From the NCBI RefSeq assembly GCF_006345805.1, contig NC_042997.1, forward strand, positions 89,838,001-89,902,000: a stretch of 64,000 bases of DNA, read 5' to 3'. Below, piece after piece: positions 53,362 to 64,000 of this stretch (positions are counted from its first letter, which is position 1; the number at the start of each line of letters is the position of its first letter). Under the pieces are notes generated by a model. That model saw only the letters and a program-made list of their open reading frames with translations. It was not told where the DNA came from and did no database searches. This stretch comes from Octopus sinensis. Its lineage: Eukaryota. A program made the position numbers and the translations under genes.

Positions 53362-55378
53362 AGGAAAAATAGTTTAGTTGTTGTCATTGTTATTGTTGTA
53401 ATTGTTGTTGTCTATTTTCAAGTTAAGTGGGTCAAAGTTGAAGAAGATTTGACTGTCAATTTTAGCAGATTGAGTAATTGCAAGGGAGCTATTTTATTGC
53501 TTTGAGTGGAATTTGGTGTTCAGGTGATTTTTACAGTGCATTAGTTATCCCAAAACGTTAAGAGTATAATGACAGCATGAGGATAAAAATTATTTTAAAA
53601 AAACATGGTTCATATGCTTGATGTAATTGATTGCGAGTTACTAGCACTATTACTCTAGTGAATTTGCATATAGTTTTGTGTAGGCTTATGTGTGTGTGTG
53701 TTTTTGAGGGAAGTAGAACTAGGAAACAACTATCAGTCAGCATTAGCAAACTGATCAGGCTGAGTAAATTAAAGGGGTCGGTAATGTTGAATGCATGAAA
53801 AGACAAAAAAAAAAAAAAAATAAGCAATGTATTTGATTATATCTCAAACTGTGATAGAGGAAGTTAAAAGAAACTGAGAGTAACCTTGAAATGACTAATT
53901 AATTATATACATTGGGGAATGGATTGCTAAATGATATGTAATTAGGAAGTATGAATTATTCTATTTTAATGTGCTGCTTTGAATGAAATTGTCCTTAAAA
54001 TGAATGCTAACTATATCCTGTTACATGAAGCAAGTATGTTCCAAGTCAGCTTCATTTTTATTGCCATCATAAAATGATGATGATGATGATGATATCCTGC
54101 TTTCTTTCCCTCTCTTCTGCATCCCTCTATCTTTTCCCAATTTGTGGCTCATTACTCCTCCACCCTTCATGGCTTGTGGGCACTCGGTATTTTGTTATGC
54201 AACCATAAGATGCTACAAAGTATATTAAACATTTTTATAAGTCAATACCTTGTACTACTCTGTTACTAGTGCATTTGAATCATATGTTAACGTCATCTCT
54301 ACTTATTTCCTATAGAAATTACATCTAATGTCTTGGATATGAAATGTCGTAACAAAGTCAGTACTGGCTATAATATCTACAGAAAATCAGTTGAGATGAC
54401 CAAAACACATAATCCAACCTTCAATCCTACCTTAATTTTATAGTCCGCTTCCCTTTCCCCTCATCTCTAATCTCTACAGTCTTGCACCTACCCACTTCTG
54501 TTCACCTTGTGCCTTGTGGGGCTAACTGGACACCTCATTGCCATAATCTATCTCTTAACATCTACTGATCATTTTTTCTTTTCTCTTTCTCCCTCTCTCC
54601 TGCTAAATGTTAGTAGTCATGCAGATCCTCTTTAAGAACCTGATCTGACACACTCCCTACTCCATCTCTTCCAATAGTTTAATTGCCTTGTTCCTTAATG
54701 TGAAGCTGACATCCTGCCCCATCTACTGGTGGTGGTGTTGGTGGGTCTTGCAAACTGTAGGGCAGCCTCACTAGCTGGAGGTGGCATGAAAAAAAGCACC
54801 CAGTCAGTATATGCTATAAAGTGGCTGGCATTAGGAAGGGCACCCAACCATAGAAACCATTCCAAAGACAATATTGGCACTCAATGCAGTCCTCAATGGA
54901 TCCTGTCAAATCTGCCAACCCATGCCACCATGGAAATTGGACATTAAATGATGATGATGATTGTGATGAGTCAGGATTCAAAACCATAATTTTGATATCT
55001 CAGCAAAAAAAAACAAAAAAAAACTCTTGTAATTTCTTGTGAAAGCTGTAATTTTCTCTGGCAAAGCATGTACCACCACCTTCACATTGGATCCTGAGTA
55101 TCAAGGGAGAAGCAAGACAGGTGTTTTGTGTATTTAATTGTTTGTGTTTAAAAGCCTTGATGCATAAAATATGGCTCTGGAGCCATATCTGGCAAGTATA
55201 AAACCAAATTAAGGAGCTTCTATCATTGATCTGAAGAGATTTATATGATTGGGTTTGATAATTGTGACAAGAAATGGCAGAAAGTAACACTTTAGCATCT
55301 TAGCAAAGATATTGCTTTTGGAGGTCCTTTGGATTACTTTGGAAGTTTTCACTAAAAAAATGTTTAGTAATTATACAT

Positions 55379-55752
55379 ATAGGTATGGCTGTGGGAGTAA
55401 GAAACTCATTTTGTAACCATGTGGTTTTGGGTTCAGTCTCACTGCGTGGCTCCTACTATCTTGTATTATAGCCCTAGGCTGACCACTACTTTTAAATGAA
55501 TTTGGTAGATGGAAACTATGTGCTAGCCAGTTGTGTGTGTGTATTTGTGTTTTGTTTGTCTCTTGCTTGCCAACCACTTGACAATAGGTGCTGGTTTGTT
55601 TACATTCCTGTACCTCAGTGGTTCAGTGAAAAAGATTGGCAGAATAAGTGCCAGATTTAGAAAATAAGTACAGGGGTCGATTTGATTGGCTATACCCTTC
55701 AAAGCAGTGTCCTAACATGGCTACAGTTCAATGACTGAAACAAATAAAAGAT
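55379..55752 (+). mobile_element. SINE family A, full length
   Basis: Head ataggtatggctgtgggagtaag to tail gactgaaacaaataaaagat. Further partial copies lie near 6270-6365, 18800-18945, 19955-20190, 23590-23700, 29760-29920, 47872-48010 and 59845-60015. Confidence 0.8.
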
Positions 55753-56150
55753 GTACTTATAATTCTTTCTAGTGTGAATAACAAAAAAGAAAGAAAGAAT
55801 AAAATTTAAGTACCTTTGACTGTACTTTTTAGCACTTATATCTCACAGACACCAGACAGTCTTTTGTTGTGTAATATGAAAATTTCTGTATTGATTTTCA
55901 CATCTTGCATGACATTGAACATGTTTTTTTATTCCCACCAAAAATGTAATGTTCATTGTTTTTTCTTTTTCTTTTTTTTCTTCATATCTATTCTCATGCA
56001 TTAATTTTCCTGGCTATTATGTATGTATGATATTCTGCTGTCAGACTAAACTTTGCATGAATTTAGTGTTGGCTACTATTTCTATTTGTAGAATTATAAA
56101 ATTGTTGGAAGATATATTCTTCTGTTTTTATTCCTTTCGTTCTATATATA

Positions 56151-57431
56151 TATGATCATCCCATAAATAATGCAGCTTTTTTTATACTTCTTTTATCTTT
56201 CAAAATTAAGATAAACAGAGTTCTTTTTTAATCTGAAATATACTCTGCTTTATTTTCTACAATACTCTTCCATCTGTCTGGTAGACTTGCAAGGCCCCTC
56301 TTCCAAATTCACTTGTCTGTGATGAAAAATACTCCTTCACTACTGTTCTGACCTTGTCTACAGAATTCGTGGTTTTTCCATCCAAATGATTTTGAAGACT
56401 GCAGAATAAATGATAATCAGATGGGGCAATGTCCAGCCAATGTGATGGGTAGGGTATTGTTTCCCATTTAAACTGCTCCAGCCTTTGGAATGTCCTCCTC
56501 ACTGTATGTGGCTGAGCTTTAATCCTGATGGAAGAAAGCCTTTCATCTTGAAACCAAAGAGGTCATTTTCTTCTAGCACTGACTTAAGCTTCTCAAGCTG
56601 CTTGCAGTAGATCTCCTTTATTATCGTTTGGTTTAAACATTCAAAGCAGACTAAACCTTTCATATCCCACCAAACAGATAGCAACACCTTACATGGGTAA
56701 AAACCTTGTTTAACCTGAGATGCCAGTGTTTATCCCTTTCCTAACCACTGTCTTTGGCTTCTGACATTTTTATAGAGAATCCATTTCTCATCACCGGTCA
56801 CTATTTCATCCAAAACAGGTTCATTCATGAGTTGTGGCAGCAAAGAAGAGCACATATTCACTCTCTGCGCATGATTAGACTCAGAAAGTTTGTGAGGAAC
56901 CCATTGACCCAATTTGCTGACTTTTCTGATGATACACAGGCATTGATGAATGGTTGAATGACCAAATCCAAGCTTCTTTGCTAGTTCCTCAACAGTTACA
57001 ATGGGATTTTGTTCCACCAGGGTTTGCAAGATATCCTCGTCAAGCTCTACAGATCTTCCAAATCAAGGTTCATCTTCTAGGCTGTAGTTTCCAGTTTGGA
57101 ATTTCTGGAGCCATCATTGACACTGGCTTATGCTTATTGTCCGATCCCTATATACTGTATTAATATTCCTTGCACTTTCTGTTGCGTTGTTGCCTTTATT
57201 GAACTCATAAAGGAAGATATGCCAAATATGCTCCTTTGTCTCTTCCATTATAGCTTTGTAAAACTACCTGTTAAAATCAAACTGCACTCTTCAAAAATTG
57301 CACTAAGAATAAGGATAAGGTAAAATTACTACCTGCTTTTATAGCAAGTTGATGCAGGTAGTTTATCCTGTCCCCCATCGACTTTTAGTTCATGCAATTG
57401 AAAAAACTGCATTATTTATGGGATGACCCAA
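56151..57431 (-). mobile_element. Full-length (about 1.28 kb) mariner DNA transposon with a pseudogenised transposase
   Basis: TIRs tcatcccataaataatgcag / ctgcattatttatgggatga with TA flanks. Fragmented - strand frames contain WVPHKL, IVTGDEKWILY, MLLSVWWDMKG and DIAPSDYHLF, which are mariner motifs; interrupted by frameshifts and stops. Confidence 0.95.
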
Positions 57432-57818
57432 TATATACATACGTTCATATATATATGTGTGTGTGTATGTGCATACACATATAATCTTTAAAATGTCCCC
57501 AGCTTATATGTGGAAGGTGTAGAGATTATTTATGGGTGCCCTTTATGTTTACATATAGTAATTCAAATTAAATGAAAGGGTATTTTAACGTATTCACATG
57601 TTTCTACAGCCTATTTATTCAGAGCATAAGTACAGTTGTGTAACTTGGTATGTAGCTTTATGCAACTTGATATGTAACAAATGCAAGTTTGTGCTTTCAA
57701 AAATGCCATTTCTCCAGGTAATTCACCTCTGAATATATTTTTTTTTAAAGTGAAATATCACTAAATATTTTAGTGACATGTGATAGTTCCATGAAAGGAA
57801 ATGTAGATTTATAGAAAA

Positions 57819-58211
57819 CTAGCAGTATCGCCCGGCGTTGCTCGGGTTTGTTTCAACCCTTTAGAATTGGAATTTTTGAAAAGTAAAAATTTTGCATTAT
57901 GTAGCTTGTTATTCTCTTTAAGTGAACATTTTTCTGGTTGAAATACACCGAAAAATGGCGATACAGCAGTAAAAAAAAATCATAAATAATAGGGATTTTC
58001 ATAGAAAAAAGCACCTTTTTGATGTAAATAATTTTTGGTCTTAACATGGTCCGATTTGAATTTTTTCTTCTACAGAATAAAGAGCAAGCCTTCTTCTATC
58101 ATACTCTCAATTTTGGTCAACTTGCGCTGCAGGGTCTCGGAGGAGATAGTGTTAGTTGAAGGCTACCAAACCTGCCATACACAGACAACTTCAGCTTTAT
58201 ATATAGAGAGA
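57819..58211 (-). mobile_element. Non-autonomous Helitron (393 bp)
   Basis: On the - strand it starts TC (58211) and ends CTAG (57819), with the GC-rich hairpin cccgagcaacgccggg about 8 nt before the 3' end. Inserted between A and T with no TSD. Confidence 0.85.
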
Positions 58212-60084
58212 TTTAAACTGAAGGAGTGTACAGCATTGAGTAAATGTGTTTAGGTCAGCCACCAATCAAATCTCTTAATTTCACAGTCAACTGTAGATAG
58301 ATATAGATAGATAGATAGATAGAGATAGAGAGATACATATAGAAAAATAGATGGATACAGAGATAGATATATAGAGAGATATAGATTTATACAACCAGAA
58401 ATATCTTGAAAATATCTTGAAAACATTTCATTGATAGAACGGTTCCATTCTTAATAGCATTGAGTAATTATAGAAATTCTTTAAAACTTGTTATTTGCAT
58501 TTAATTTCCCCATTTAATGATTAAATATTATGGTAAAGTGCAGTGATGTCAGAAATTAATGTTGAGAAATGAGCATTGTTACACTAATGTCAGATGTACA
58601 TGTACTATCTATGACTGGTTGGTTTACTTATGAAAAATATTTTATTGATTATTTTTTTAATTTTATGAGTGTTTATACTAAATTGTATTTATATTGGTCG
58701 AAAAAAATGTTCTAATTCTGTGTGTGTTGTGTCTGATCTAGTAATACATTAAATACAATTTAAGCTGTTGGTTTATTTAATGATTTATCAGTGATTATAA
58801 AGAGACAAGAAAAGATAATTTTATATTGAGATTGTTTTTCAATGGCAAACTTACCTTTAAAATAGTCATATATTTGGTTATGTTGTGTGTGCTGGTGTTG
58901 TATTTACAGGTTGCAAGAACAAAATGAAACACAAATAAAAATAAAAACATTAAACAGAAAAAAAAACTCAAAAGTAAAATAAAAATGTGCTGTGCAAAAT
59001 AGCATACACGTTTACCTAGAAACAGAAAAGAAAAACAAAAACAGGCTATTCTACAAAGCAAGCCAGGTAGACCCAATTCATGCCACCTACTAAGGCAAAC
59101 CTCATGAGTTCTTGGTTCCTCACTTAACGACACGCCAAAATAGTTTAGAAGGTTCAAATCAGAAGAGCTGAGAGACTGTATAATGTTTAGGTGGAGGTGG
59201 GAGTGGGGAATCACATGATCACATGTTTCTCTTGGCTGTCTGGCTGGACGTTAACTTTACTCTCCTCATCATGTAAGACTTGTATCTGATGTTTTCATGC
59301 ACCACATGGTTGAAAGTAGATTCAACCATCTTGATCTACATCTACCTGGTGATAAACCCTGCCATCAAACTGCTGTAGTTGTTGCTGAGGATGTCATGGA
59401 CTTACTAGATGACATTAGCCACCCTAATGATGACTAACTGTTGAAAATATTTCTTTCTGTTGGTCATGGTTAACATGGTCTCTAGCCCTTTCATGACCCT
59501 GAACATGTATAACCCAGCCAAGAAGCTCGTCAGCTCTAAGTCACTGTGGTTATCAGCTAGCTTCTTATGCATTGCATGCCTTCACTTTTTGCGTCAGATT
59601 TCAATCTACTATTGATAAGACCTAAAGGGAAATGAGAAAGTTAAAATTTGGTACAGCTGGTAACACACTGAGCATCTTGTATATCATCATCATCATTTAA
59701 CATCCACGTTTTCATACTAGTATGGGTCAGATATTTTTTCCATGGAAGATGAGAGATGAGCAACACTGCTTGTATGATGGGGGTGTTTGTTTACAACCAT
59801 CATATGATGTCAAGGCAAGGGTGTACACACACAAACACACACACAATAGGCTTCTTTCAGTTCCCATCTACCATATCCAGTCATAAAGCGCTGGTTGTTT
59901 CAGGGGTGGGGTGTAGTAGAAGATAATTGTCCAAGGAGCTGCACAGTGGGACTAAACCTAAGGCCACATGGTTGAAAAGTTTGCTTCCTCTCTACACAGT
60001 CATGTCTGCACCTATATGGGGTTGGGATCAGTACAATTTTTTCTAACCTCTTTCTTTCTCTCTTTCTGTTTTCAACCATCACCA

Positions 60085-60360
60085 GTACCACCACCATCTC
60101 ACACACACCATTCAGACTTCTCATGTCACCACCATCAATACCTTTGACTTCGCCACCTTCCCTTCACCACCATCACCACTGTCTTTCACATCTCTTATTA
60201 TCACCGTCATGCTTGACCGCCTCCGCTACTACCACCACCATCATCATCACCGTCACCTCTGCCTCTATCACAACTACAGCTCATACTCTTACTATCACCC
60301 CATTACCATCTCAACTGCCAATCTACTACCACCTTCCCTATGCCTACTATTACTCTGACC
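60085..60360. repeat. Degenerate (ACC/ATC)n trinucleotide low-complexity tract
   Basis: Direct reading; explains the Thr/His/Ser-rich ORF 60123-60395. Confidence 0.8.
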
Positions 60361-61479
60361 CCAGCAAGAGGAGTAGAAGAAGTGTCATTGAATAGTGAGA
60401 GAGGTGGGGTCAAAGTGTGACACACTGACACAGAAATTTGTTTTGGCATTTATTATTGTAGATTATATTTATGTCATATGGCCTTGTATTATAATGTGCT
60501 ATGCATGGGCTCCTAATATTTTCTGAAGGCTTATAATCTTGAGCAAAGTGTGAACAATTTGATTACTGTTAAAGTATGAACCTTCACTTCACTATCTACA
60601 AAGGTGTTTTTATTTGCTAGATTTTGAAGAACAATAAATTTTCTACATGCAAAACATGTTTTGGCTGACCTCACAGATTCATAATGTAGGAGAATATAAC
60701 ATAAAACACATCAAACTAGAAAAAATTTCTTTTTTTTTTTTTCGTAAGTTATCTTCTTTTTTTTCCTACCAAATTTATCAAGGTTGAAAATGGATTAGCT
60801 GAAACTGTTTCATGCTTGACAATTAAGTTAAGCAGCTCTCCATTGGATTAAGCCAGATTGAATTTAAATTCTGTTGTCTCAATAAATTAAGCTAATGTTA
60901 TTCTTTCCAAGAAGCACATTGGAAGATTTAGAATTGTTGTGTTATCTTACAGAGCTGTGTGTATAGCAGAGTGAATAGTTGTGCTCAATATTTCTCTCTA
61001 CTTGCAGTTTTACATTTTCCTAAAAAAACTGTTATTCCAAGCACAGAATTTGTTTGTTTGTATGTATGTATGTATGTATGTGTGTGTGTGCTTGCATGCA
61101 TGCATGCATGCATGCATGTATTTAAGTATGTATGTGTGTGTGTGGAGGGGGGTCATCATCATCATATCTCTGCCTTCTATGCTAAATGATGATGATGACA
61201 CCCCACTCATACACCACACACACACACAAAAACTGAGATATCTGGTACATTCCTGTACTCTAGAAAACCTGTCCACCACAACAGAATTGAGATCCCAAAA
61301 CCAAGGTGCAACATAAAAAGCACCGAGTACACTCTTTAAGGTGGCTGGCATCAGGAAGGGCATTTAGCTGTAGAAACCAAGCCAAAACAGACTATGGAAT
61401 TGGTGCAGCCCCTCATGAGAGCATGGAAAATGGACATGAAATGTTGATAATGATATGTCTCAACATCTCATGATGGTTC

Positions 61480-61745
61480 TTAGATGATCTTCATTGTCAT
61501 AAAGCATTGATGTTTTGTTATCAATCTTCTATGTAAACATCTCACCATGTCTAGTAAGTAAAAATGTCTGGCCATGGGGCAAATATTACCTTGCTTGGAA
61601 ACAGATGAGTGAAGATGATAGGAAGGCCATTTGGCTGTTGAATATCTGCCTCAGCAAATTGTACCGAACTCATGCAAGCATGGGAAAGTGGACATTAAAT
61701 GATGATGATGATGGTGATTACTACTACTGCTGATGATGATGATGA
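61480..61745 (+). mobile_element. Second (ATG)n-tailed retroposon fragment type sharing the same 3' tail
   Basis: atgtctggccatggggcaaatattaccttgcttggaaacag through catgcaagcatgggaaagtggacattaaatgatgatg. Recurs near 19040-19200, 23735-23940, 30040-30230 and, inverted, 31330-31560. Confidence 0.65.
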
Positions 61746-62700
61746 AAAACCCAGCTTGACTACCTTGTAGAAATGATGTACATCACATAATATTTAGTTA
61801 AATATCAACCCCTCTTCTTGGCCAGTACTTATTTTATTGCCCTTTCTGAATGTTAAAAAATAAAGTTGACCTTGGCAGAATTTAAATTCAGAACAAAGGA
61901 TTATAGCTTAATACCACAAAGTGTTTTGTCCAATATTCTAACAATTCTACCAGTTCATCCACTGTTTGAAGCTCAGATTTACAAGGCAGTAGAAACTGCA
62001 TGTTGTGATATTCATTACTTTCCGAAAAGTGCCTGTAGTGTAAAGGAAGTGAAACAGCCAGTCAGAAATTAAAACTGAGCTGAGCTGAGAACTCAGCTTT
62101 GTGGGAGCTTATCCTTTGTAGTACAGTACATGTCACCATATACAAACACAACGCTGTTAGTGGGAATAGACTGGGATAGAATGAAATCCATTGCTGATTA
62201 CAACTAGAAACAAGCAGTAGTAGTAGTTCAGATAGTAGTGGTAGTAGTAGTGGTGATGGTAACAGAAGTTGAATGAGAAACAGATATTTTGACTGCATAA
62301 CTGAAAGCTGATAAGTTTCACATAAGTTTGTTGTTGTTTTTGTTGCTACAGTCAATGACTTGTATCAAAGAACTGTTGATGATGATAATAATAATAATAA
62401 TAATAATAAATAGAGGATGATCCTTGGCTTACCATCCATGCAAAAGATTGTCTTAACTGGTACATCACACGTATTGAAAAGAGCATTGTCACTGAATTTT
62501 CATCTTTTTCCCCCTTCATTTTCTTTGTTTTCTCTTTTTCCTTTTTTTTTTGCTCTTTCTTCCGCCTTTTTTTATCACATGATTTTGTAAATGAACAATC
62601 TGGTATCTTAATTTTAATGACCTACCAATGTATACAGTGAGTTTCTTAGCCCTAGGTGTCTGGAAGATGCTCAGCAAGAAATGGAAACAAAATTGAAAGA

Positions 62701-62750
62701 CAATAATAATAATAATAATAATTATAATAATAATAATAATAATGATAATA
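62701..62750. repeat. (AAT)n microsatellite ending about 25 nt upstream of the SPPL3 acceptor
   Basis: Direct reading. Confidence 0.95.
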
Positions 62751-62774
62751 CATGGAATGTCTTTTTTTTTTCAG

Positions 62775-62852
62775 AGCCATCTCAGTGGTAGATTCCTCCA
62801 GGTTGTCAACATTTGTGATCTCAATACTCCTGATTGTCTATGGTAGCTTCAG
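62775..62852 (+). CDS. SPPL3: Internal coding exon (phase 2 to phase 2) of signal peptide peptidase-like 3, orthologous to vertebrate exon 2
   Basis: Acceptor cttttttttttcag and donor AG|gtaagt. Translates (x)[25 protein letters not shown](R), matching the recalled human SPPL3 segment [26 protein letters not shown]. Exon 1 was not securely identified and exon 3 was not found in the window. Confidence 0.93.
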
Positions 62853-63104
62853 GTAAGTTACATTTTATTTAAATTCAGGAATTTCCAAATAATGAGAACT
62901 GTATATGTTTAAACAACATGTGTCATAGTACAAACAGAAGAAATAGAACTCAATATGCAAAAAGAACATATGTTTGTTTATTTATGAAATGTAAAGCTAT
63001 TGTAGTGGCTCAAGGGCCTTGAATTTTGTGCAAGGCACTTAGTAAAATTTTGACAAGTGCCATGTACTTATGTAGCTTTGCAGCTAATCAATAGATATGT
63101 TTAA

Positions 63105-63522
63105 CCCTTTAGTGTTTAAATCTGCTGTCACCATAGTAAAGCACACTCAGTGGAAAGCAAAACCAGTAGCACTGGTAGAGAGCTCCTTCAAATACAGTCG
63201 CTGTATGTGTGTCTGCCACTCCTGTCTGGGCCTCTACATCCACAGCAGATTCTGCACCACCATCAGCACCACAAGTTCTTTGATGCAGATCTATGGTCTC
63301 CCAAGACTGACGGATAACTACTACTACTGCTACTGCTAACATATTCTACTTGTCTTATGTTAAAACTGGCCATATCTGGCCTTTCACACCAACCCTACAG
63401 TGTCATTCTAAAAATAAACAGTTACATCAAAATCTTAAAGCTTGAAGACAATGCATGACTAATTCAAAACTATGTGAATAACTAAGCATTACATTTGAGA
63501 GATTAATGTAAATGCTAAGGAG
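63105..63522. mobile_element. piggyBac-type MITE (family P1) with an internal insert of about 200 bp
   Basis: ttaa|ccctttagtgtttaaa and aatgctaaggag|ttaa termini. P1 sequence resumes near 63341. Confidence 0.7.
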
Positions 63523-64000
63523 TTAAGCAGATATGTGTGTGTGTTTGTGTCTTTTAACCTTATAAATGCACTTTAGAGTATAAATGTTTACAGTTACATT
63601 TAATACGTTTGTGTACATTCAACCTTTGTTGTGGATGCTGTCTTTGGAGGATAATGTGTGTGAAGACATATTACTGTGTTATGAATGATGACATTGGACA
63701 GTAGGACATGTGCTGTGGCAACATGCTTCATCAGTTATGGACACCAAATCTGAATTTTTTTTGCTTAAACTTAAGCTGCTGTAAGTTTGATAGTTACTTC
63801 ATTTTGCTGATAACTTGTAGTATATTTTCCCAATTTCCATTTTACAGCAGCACTGCTTTAAGACTGTGGTAAACATTGTGTATGTTGTTGGCATCCAGAA
63901 AAATTTATAAACACTGGGAGAATGTGAAATAATTCTTTCTTGGAATGGTAGATCTTGAAGCAGATAAAGCTATAAACAAGGGCAGGTTAAAAATCTCTTC

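Overview
AT-rich, repeat-saturated animal genomic DNA with no intact long ORF. The SINE families resemble the tRNA-derived octopus SINEs, so the source is probably an octopod cephalopod; this is recalled from memory, not searched. The only confidently identified host coding sequence is a 78-nt + strand exon at 62775-62852, orthologous to exon 2 of SPPL3 (signal peptide peptidase-like 3). Much of the window is therefore SPPL3 intron 1 and/or upstream sequence. The rest is transposon debris: three tRNA-headed SINE families, (ATG)n-tailed retroposon fragments, a full-length decayed mariner, a second deleted mariner, piggyBac-type and Tc1/mariner-type MITEs (several nested), a non-autonomous Helitron, an internally deleted RTE LINE and microsatellites. 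The most notable observation is two minimal type-I hammerhead ribozyme motifs on the - strand in Penelope-type repeats. The one at 1469-1518 is structurally intact and carries a compensatory G3-C8 core swap. The other lies inside a tRNA-headed, TSD-flanked 300-bp element at 34188-34488. Nearly all ORFs in the supplied track are microsatellite or repeat artefacts. Repeat boundaries were read by eye and are approximate unless TSDs or TIRs are quoted.
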